Shown here in pieces: positions 57,830 through 64,000 of a stretch of 64,000 bases of DNA. The position numbers were made by a program, and so were the translations under genes. The DNA comes from Octopus vulgaris. Taxonomy: Eukaryota. The stretch covers positions 26,784,001 to 26,848,000 of the forward strand of contig OX597841.1 of the NCBI GenBank assembly GCA_951406725.2. Reading direction: 5' to 3'. The notes beneath the pieces were generated by a model. It was not told where the DNA came from, ran no database searches, and saw nothing but the letters and a program-made list of their open reading frames with translations. Each line of letters starts with the position of its first letter. The stretch's first letter is position 1.

Positions 57830-58150
57830 TAATGAAATCCGTCGGAAGGATAACCTCGCTAAAATTTCGTTGGCAGGAGCTCCAGGACACATCACTCATG
57901 TCAAATTCCTCAATTGTTCCGTGATGGTGCTCCACGATCAGTTTTTGAATTTTCGTCACTTTCTCATTCGTTCCGGAAGTCGACGATCGTCCTAAACGTG
58001 GTTGGTTGTCACGTGACAAGTAACCATTCCTAAAGCGTGAAAATCATTCGTAAACTTGTGTTTTGCTCATGGCAGCGTCCTTGTAAGCTGTTTGAAGCAT
58101 GACAACTGTTTCGGCTGCCATTTTCCCCAGCAGAAAACAGATTTTTACGG
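57830..58150 (-). mobile_element. Mariner transposase N-terminal relic
   Basis: DNQPRLGRSSTSGTNEKVTKIQKLIVEHHHGTIEE resembles mariner D.PRSGRPST...V..V...I..DRR.TI.E. Confidence 0.65.
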
Positions 58151-58195
<45 letters not shown>

Positions 58196-58197
<2 letters not shown>

Positions 58198-58405
58198 AAG
58201 TTAATCCAAACATGAAAACACCAAGAGAAAACACAACGCGAGGACGTGGAACAAATATAGTATTATTGGACGCTCGGGAAGGAAGGAAGGGAAGAAGGAG
58301 AGTTTAACGTTTCGAGCGGGGCTCTTCGTGAGAAACATAGGAAAGGAAAAATCCAGAGAAGAGAAGACGGAAGAAAAAAATCGCCAACGGTACACACGCG
58401 GTCAT
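58196..58405 (-). mobile_element. Penelope-like terminal fragment with a mutated minimal hammerhead (58302-58336)
   Basis: Minus strand GUUU-CUCACGA-AGAGC-CCC-GCUC-GAAAC-GUU-AAAC, with core CUGA>CUCA. Confidence 0.6.
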
Positions 58406-59819
58406 GGTAAATGAAAGATGGAAGATACAAGAATTTTTATCAGTCGCTACAATCGTTTCGACCAATCTAGCATTGATCGGTCATAGGGGAGATACTTTAT
58501 AACTGATTCAGGAGTATCCCGCGGTGTAGATGTGTCTCGTCGGGTGATAAATAGATGTAACTCGTTAAAATAACAATTCCGCAATTTATCTTGCAATTTC
58601 GTGTAAAGAAATGTGGCAAATTAAAGTGCATCCTGGTCACCAATCTCTGATAAGCCAAGTAGCATCGTGCCGTCTGCAAATATCTGCCGACCAAATTTTA
58701 CACTCTCCAGTTCTGGTAACATTTTCACAACGGTTGCCAAGCTAGAAGGGAGACATAACTCGCCCTCTTGATCTGCAAGAAGTAGCAGTGATGTGCCCTT
58801 AGATCAACACTGTCACCATGACGACCACCATTACAACTAACAGCTGCTATTACCACCACCACTAACATCATCATAACTACCACCACCATCACCACCACCA
58901 CCACCACCACCACCACCACCACTACCACCGCCGCCACCAGCAACACTGCCCCTGAAATTACGACGACCTTCTACAACCACTGTCATAATCATCATCACCA
59001 CCGCAACCATCAACACCAGTATCACCCCCACCATGACCATCACCACCATCGCCACCGCTATCAACACTACCATCATCATCACCGCCACCATCACCACCAC
59101 AATTATTGACACCACCACCACCATCGTCACTCTAGCATTACCACTAGCGTAATTAATTCAATCGCCATGACCACTACCACCACCTCCAACACCACTGAGA
59201 GCACTACAACCTCCACCCCCCGTCACCAGCCCACTGTTACTCCTGCGATCTCACCCCTCCGTCCAAGTTCCTCCCCCGCCCACTGCTCCCATCACACCCC
59301 CATGACCACCACTACTGACCGATGGTCAAAGGAGGGATTAAAAAGCAATTCTCTTTCGGACTGTAATGGTCTTGAGATGACTTGATGGTCAAGACGTGAT
59401 GTTTAAGAGGAGGGATGGTGGGAGGGAGGGAGGTGAGATAATCCTTGACTTGTGTCGTGGTAGGAGGAGAGAGGGGGGAAGGGAGAGATAGATGCACGTG
59501 CGTGGATGTGTGTGTGTGCGTGCGTATACGTAGGAGTGTGTGTGCGTATATGCGCGATGTGTGCGTGTGTATTTTTGTGTGCGCATGCGTGTTCTTGTGT
59601 GTGTGAAAGCATGTATGTGTATATGTGTTGTACTTGCGTGTGAACGTGTATGTATGTGTGCATGTGTATATATATATATATGTGTGTGCGTATGTGTGTA
59701 TGTGAGTCTCTGCGCGTGTGTTTGCTTGAATATGCGGGCGTGTATGTGTGTGTCTGTGTCTATGTATGTACATGTGTGCACGCGTTTATGTGTATGCGTG
59801 TGCATGTACGTGTGTGTGT

Positions 59820-60581
59820 CACGTCTTAGGGTATTTAAGATACAGTGTGCGTGTGTGTGTGTGCGTATGCGTATGTATTACGTCTTAGAGTGTTTAAGAT
59901 ACAATGTGTGTGTGTGTATGTGCGTGTTACACTTTAAGATGTTTATGACTGAATGTGTATGTGTATGCTTGTGTATCATGTTTTTGTGTGTTTAAGATAT
60001 AATGTGTGTGTGTGTGCGTGTGTGTGTGTCGGTGTGTGTGTGTGTGTGTGCGGCATGTCTTATTGTGTTTAAGATACAATGTGTGTGTGTGTGTGTGTGC
60101 GTGTGTGTGTGTGTGTCGGTGTGTGTGTGTGTGTGCGACATGTCTTATTGTGTTTAAGATACAATGTGTGTAGTGTGTGTGTGTGTGTGTGTGTGTGTCG
60201 GTGTGTGTGTGTGTGTGCGGCATGTCTTATTGTGTTTAAGATACAATGTGTGTGTGCGTGCGTGTGTGTGTGTGTGCGTGTGTGTGTGTGTGTCGGTGTG
60301 TGTGTGTGTGTGTGTGTCATGTCTTATTGTGTTTAAGATACAATGTGTGTAGTGTGTGTGTGTGTGTGTGCGTGTGTGTGTGTGTCGTGTGTGTGTGCGG
60401 CATGTCTTATTGTGTTTAAGATACAATGTGTGTGCGTGTGTGTGTGTGTGTGTCGGTGTGTGTGTGTGTGTGCGGCATGTCTTATTGTGTTTAAGATACA
60501 ATGTGTGTGTGTGTGTGTGTGCTTGTGTGTTTGTGTCGGTGTGTGTGTGTGTGCGGCATGTCTTATTGTGTTTAAGATACA

Positions 60582-60610
<29 letters not shown>
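59820..60610. repeat. Tandem array of a 30-bp core + (GT)n, 7 good and ~3 degenerate copies
   Basis: CGGCATGTCTTATTGTGTTTAAGATACAAT at ~60051, 60136, 60218, 60318, 60398, 60473 and 60554. Confidence 0.92.
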
Positions 60611-60613
<3 letters not shown>

Positions 60614-60675
60614 TACATCTTAGGCTGTTTATGATTGAATGTGTGCGATTGTGTATGCGTATGTATCACATTTCG

Positions 60676-61628
60676 TTTTTGGATTTGGTTTGCAAGATTC
60701 TTTATATGAGTTCGTGTGTTGAAGCATATTCTATTGTGTCTGGGGAGAGTCATTTTCTTTTTGTGCCTTATAATGTAACACACTCGCCTGTAAAATTTCC
60801 GCTTTTTTCTTATTTTTATTTTCCTAAAATTTTCCTTTGCGTCTTGCAACCTTTCCAATAGTTTTGTCCCTACATTCTGGGTTCAAATTCCACTGAGGTT
60901 GATTTCGCCTTTCATTGTTTCGGGGGTTGATAATTTAAGTACCAGTTGAACACTAAGGCCGATGTAATTGACTAAGCACCCTCTCCCAAAATTCCTGGCC
61001 TCGTGCCAAAATTTCAAACCATTATTATTATTATTATTTTTTGTTTTGGGATTTGGTTTGCAAGATTCTTTATATGAGTTCGTGTGTTGAAGCATATTCT
61101 GTTATGTCTGGGGAGAGTCATTTTCTTTTTGTATCTTATAATGTAACACACTCACCGGTAAAATTTTCACTTTTTTCTTATTTTTATTTTCCTAAAATTT
61201 TCGTTGAGTCTTGCAACCTTTCCAATAGTTTTGTCTGTATGTTCTGGGTTCAAATTCCACTGAGGTTGACTTCGCCTTTCATTCTTTCGGGGGTTGATAA
61301 TTTAAGTACCAGTTGAACACTAAGGTCGATGTAATTGACTAGCACCCTCTCCCAAAATTCCTGGCCTTGTGCCAAAATTTCAAACCATTATTATTATTAT
61401 TTTTTGTTTTGGGATTTGGTTTGCAAGATTCTTTATATGAGTTCGTGTGTTGAAGCATATTCTGTTGTGTCTGGGGAGAGTCATTTTCTTTTTGTGCCTT
61501 ATAATGTAACACACACACCGGTAAAATTTCCACTTTTTTCTTATTTCTATTTTCCTAAAATTCTGGTTGCGTCTTGCAACCTTTTCAATAGTTTTGTCTG
61601 TATGTTCTGGGTTCAAACTCCACTGAGG
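60676..61628 (+). repeat. ~365-bp tandem triplication of a composite repeat (dispersed element + SINE C fragment)
   Basis: GATTTGGTTTGCAAGATTCTTTATATGAG at ~60682, 61050 and 61413; partly inverted relative at 24388-24590. Confidence 0.88.
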
Positions 61629-61855
61629 AGTTCCCGTTGCGTCTTGCCCCCTTTTCAATAGTCTTGTCTCTAAGGTTGCAAGTCGTCAACGTCTTCCTCA
61701 GCCTCAATATCATCGTCGTTGCAACTGCCATTACAACACCACATTTTTTTCATCATCATCTTTATCATCATCATCATCATCCTTATCATCATCAGCATCA
61801 TAACGATCGCCATCATTCTTCATCACCACCTTCGTATTCCGGACGATCATCATAA

Positions 61856-62312
61856 TCTTCTTCTTCTTCTTCTTCTTCTTCTTCTTCTTCTCCTCCTCCT
61901 CCTTCTTCTTCTTCTTCTTCTTCTTCTCCTACATCTTCTTCTTCTTCTTCTTCTTTTCCTACATCTTCTTCTTCTTCTTCTTCTTCTTCTTCTTCTTCTT
62001 CTTCTTCTCCTACATCTTCTTCTTCTTCTTCTTCTTCTTCTTCTTCTTCTTCTCCTACATCTTCTTCTTCTTCTTCTTCTCCTACATCTTCTTCTTCTTC
62101 TCCTACATCTTCTTCTTCTTCTTCTTCTTTTACTACATCTTCTTCTTCTTTTACTACATCTTCTTCTTCTTCTTCTTCTTCTTCTTCTTCTTCTCCTCCT
62201 TCTCCTTCTTCTTCTTCTTCTTCTTCTTCTTCTCCTACATCTTCTTCTTCTTCTTCTTCTTCTTCTTCTTCTTCTTCTTCTCCTACATCTTCTTCTTCTT
62301 CTTCTTCTTCTT
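61856..62312. repeat. (TTC)n with periodic CTCCTACATC
   Basis: Seen directly; source of the poly-E/L pseudo-ORFs. Confidence 0.93.
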
Positions 62313-62650
62313 CACCATCACCACCACCACCACCACCATCATTATGACCGTGGTGGTGGTGATCATAATTATACATATAATCGTCGTCATCATGATAACC
62401 TCCTCCTCCTTCTCCTCCTCCTCCTCCTCCTCATCATCATCATCATCATCGCCATTGCCATCCTCATTATGACTGCCATCATATGGCTCGTCTTCTAAGT
62501 CTTGTCTAAGTCTCATCTCTAACGGTGTTGCCTTCACTGCGCATGACTGCTCCCGTCTCTCGACCACAAATAAGACAGCAGCGGCCATATTTCAACCTGT
62601 ACGGTACGTTGGACGTTCAACCACTACCACCGACACCACATCGCCACTGA

Positions 62651-62706
<56 letters not shown>

Positions 62707-62707
62707 T

Positions 62708-62785
<78 letters not shown>

Positions 62786-63380
62786 GCAAATATCACCACC
62801 ACCTTTTATTGCTATTTATCAATCAAAAGTGTACTGGAATTAACTATAAATGGTGGCATAGGGGTGGGGGCTTGGAATGGGGGAAGGATAACAAGGAGAG
62901 GTGGCGTGGTGGTGGTGGTGGTGGTGGTGGTGTGTATTTGTGTGTGAGAGAGAGAGGGAGAGAATGGAAAAGAGAGATTGACGTTGAGATAAAGAGGGAT
63001 GAAGTGAGAGATAGAGAGATGTGAAGAGAGAGGGAGAGAGAGACAGAAACAGAGGCAATGCGAGTGGGGGAGAGAGAGAGAGGCAGAGGGTCAGAGAGAG
63101 AGAGAGAGAGACAGGGAGGGAAAGAGAGATATACACCGATAGAGAGAAGCAAAGAGAGAGAGGGGGAGACAAACAAACAGAGAGAGAGCGGTATATATAG
63201 ACACAGAGAAACAGTGAGGAAGAGAGAGACAGAGGGATATGAAGAGGAAGAGGAAGAGAGGAGACAGACAGACAGAAAGAGAGGCAGACGATGAAAGGGA
63301 ATTAGAATGAGAGCGAGTGAGAGAGACGAAGAAATAGACAGATAGAGGGAGACAAAGAGATAGGCAGAGAGAGAAAGAGA

Positions 63381-63411
<31 letters not shown>

Positions 63412-64000
63412 CTCAAAGACAAAATGAAAGGGAGGGAGAGACAGGTAAAGAGCGAAAGAGAGAAGAAGAAGGAGAGATACAGATTGAGAGAGACAGGCAG
63501 AGGAACAGAGGGAATGAGAGAAGGGGAGAGAGATACAGACTGAGAGAGACAAAGAAAGAGAGAGAAGAAGCGAAAGAGATATGGAGAGAGAGGGGGAGAG
63601 AAAGCGATACGGAGAGGGAGGGAGGGAGAGAGAGTGAAAGAGATACGGAGAGAGAGGGGGAGAGAAAGAGATACGGAGAGGGAGGGAGGAAGAGAGAGAG
63701 TGAAAGAGTTACGGAGAGAGAGGGGAGAGAAAGAGATACGGAGAGGGAGGGAGGAAGAGAGAGAGTGAAAGAGTTACGGAGAGAGAGGGGGAGAGAAAGA
63801 GATACGGAGATGGGAGAGAGAGAGAGAGGGGCGAAAGAGATAAGAGAGCAGATAGGGAGGGAGGGGTACGGATGGGAAGTCCATCATCGGCTAATGACCA
63901 CTGACGAGCGGGGCGAGGAGGCTTGGGCAGCGTGCGTGGCGGTAGATGTGCAGGGGTGGGTGGGTAGATAAGATGGTAGATGGCGGTGGTGGTGGTGGTG

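Noticed and set aside
58008-58017. GTCACGTGAC E-box
   Set aside because: Inside a mariner relic, with no independent regulatory evidence.
61813-62376. Acidic 187-aa ORF
   Set aside because: Translation of a (GAA)n minisatellite.

Overview
Eukaryotic, repeat-dominated DNA with no recognisable host protein-coding gene. The very high density of (TA)n, (CA)n, (GA)n, (TATC)n and (CTA/CCA/TTA)n microsatellites plus the tRNA-derived SINE families looks like an Octopus-type cephalopod genome (inference, not searched). Nearly all long ORFs in the track are microsatellite artefacts. Real protein homology is limited to transposon relics: two copies of one CR1/L2-like LINE (732-2045 +, 26715-27736 -), the 3' end of a second CR1/L2-like family (55702-55990 -), a 12-copy tandem array of an RTE-like LINE 3' end (48403-52022), a full-length degenerate Tc1/mariner element (28185-29447) and mariner fragments. 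Two non-autonomous Helitrons, a nested hAT element and more than 20 SINE copies are also present. The most interesting signals are: (1) minimal type I hammerhead ribozymes of the Penelope/retrozyme kind, including a divergent inverted pair (12347-12682) and an intact one at 35132-35176; (2) a covarying 3' stem-loop shared by the main SINE and both LINE families; (3) several 'unique core + microsatellite spacer' tandem arrays; (4) perfect and near-perfect palindromes; (5) small unique islands with promoter motifs or weak exon signals.
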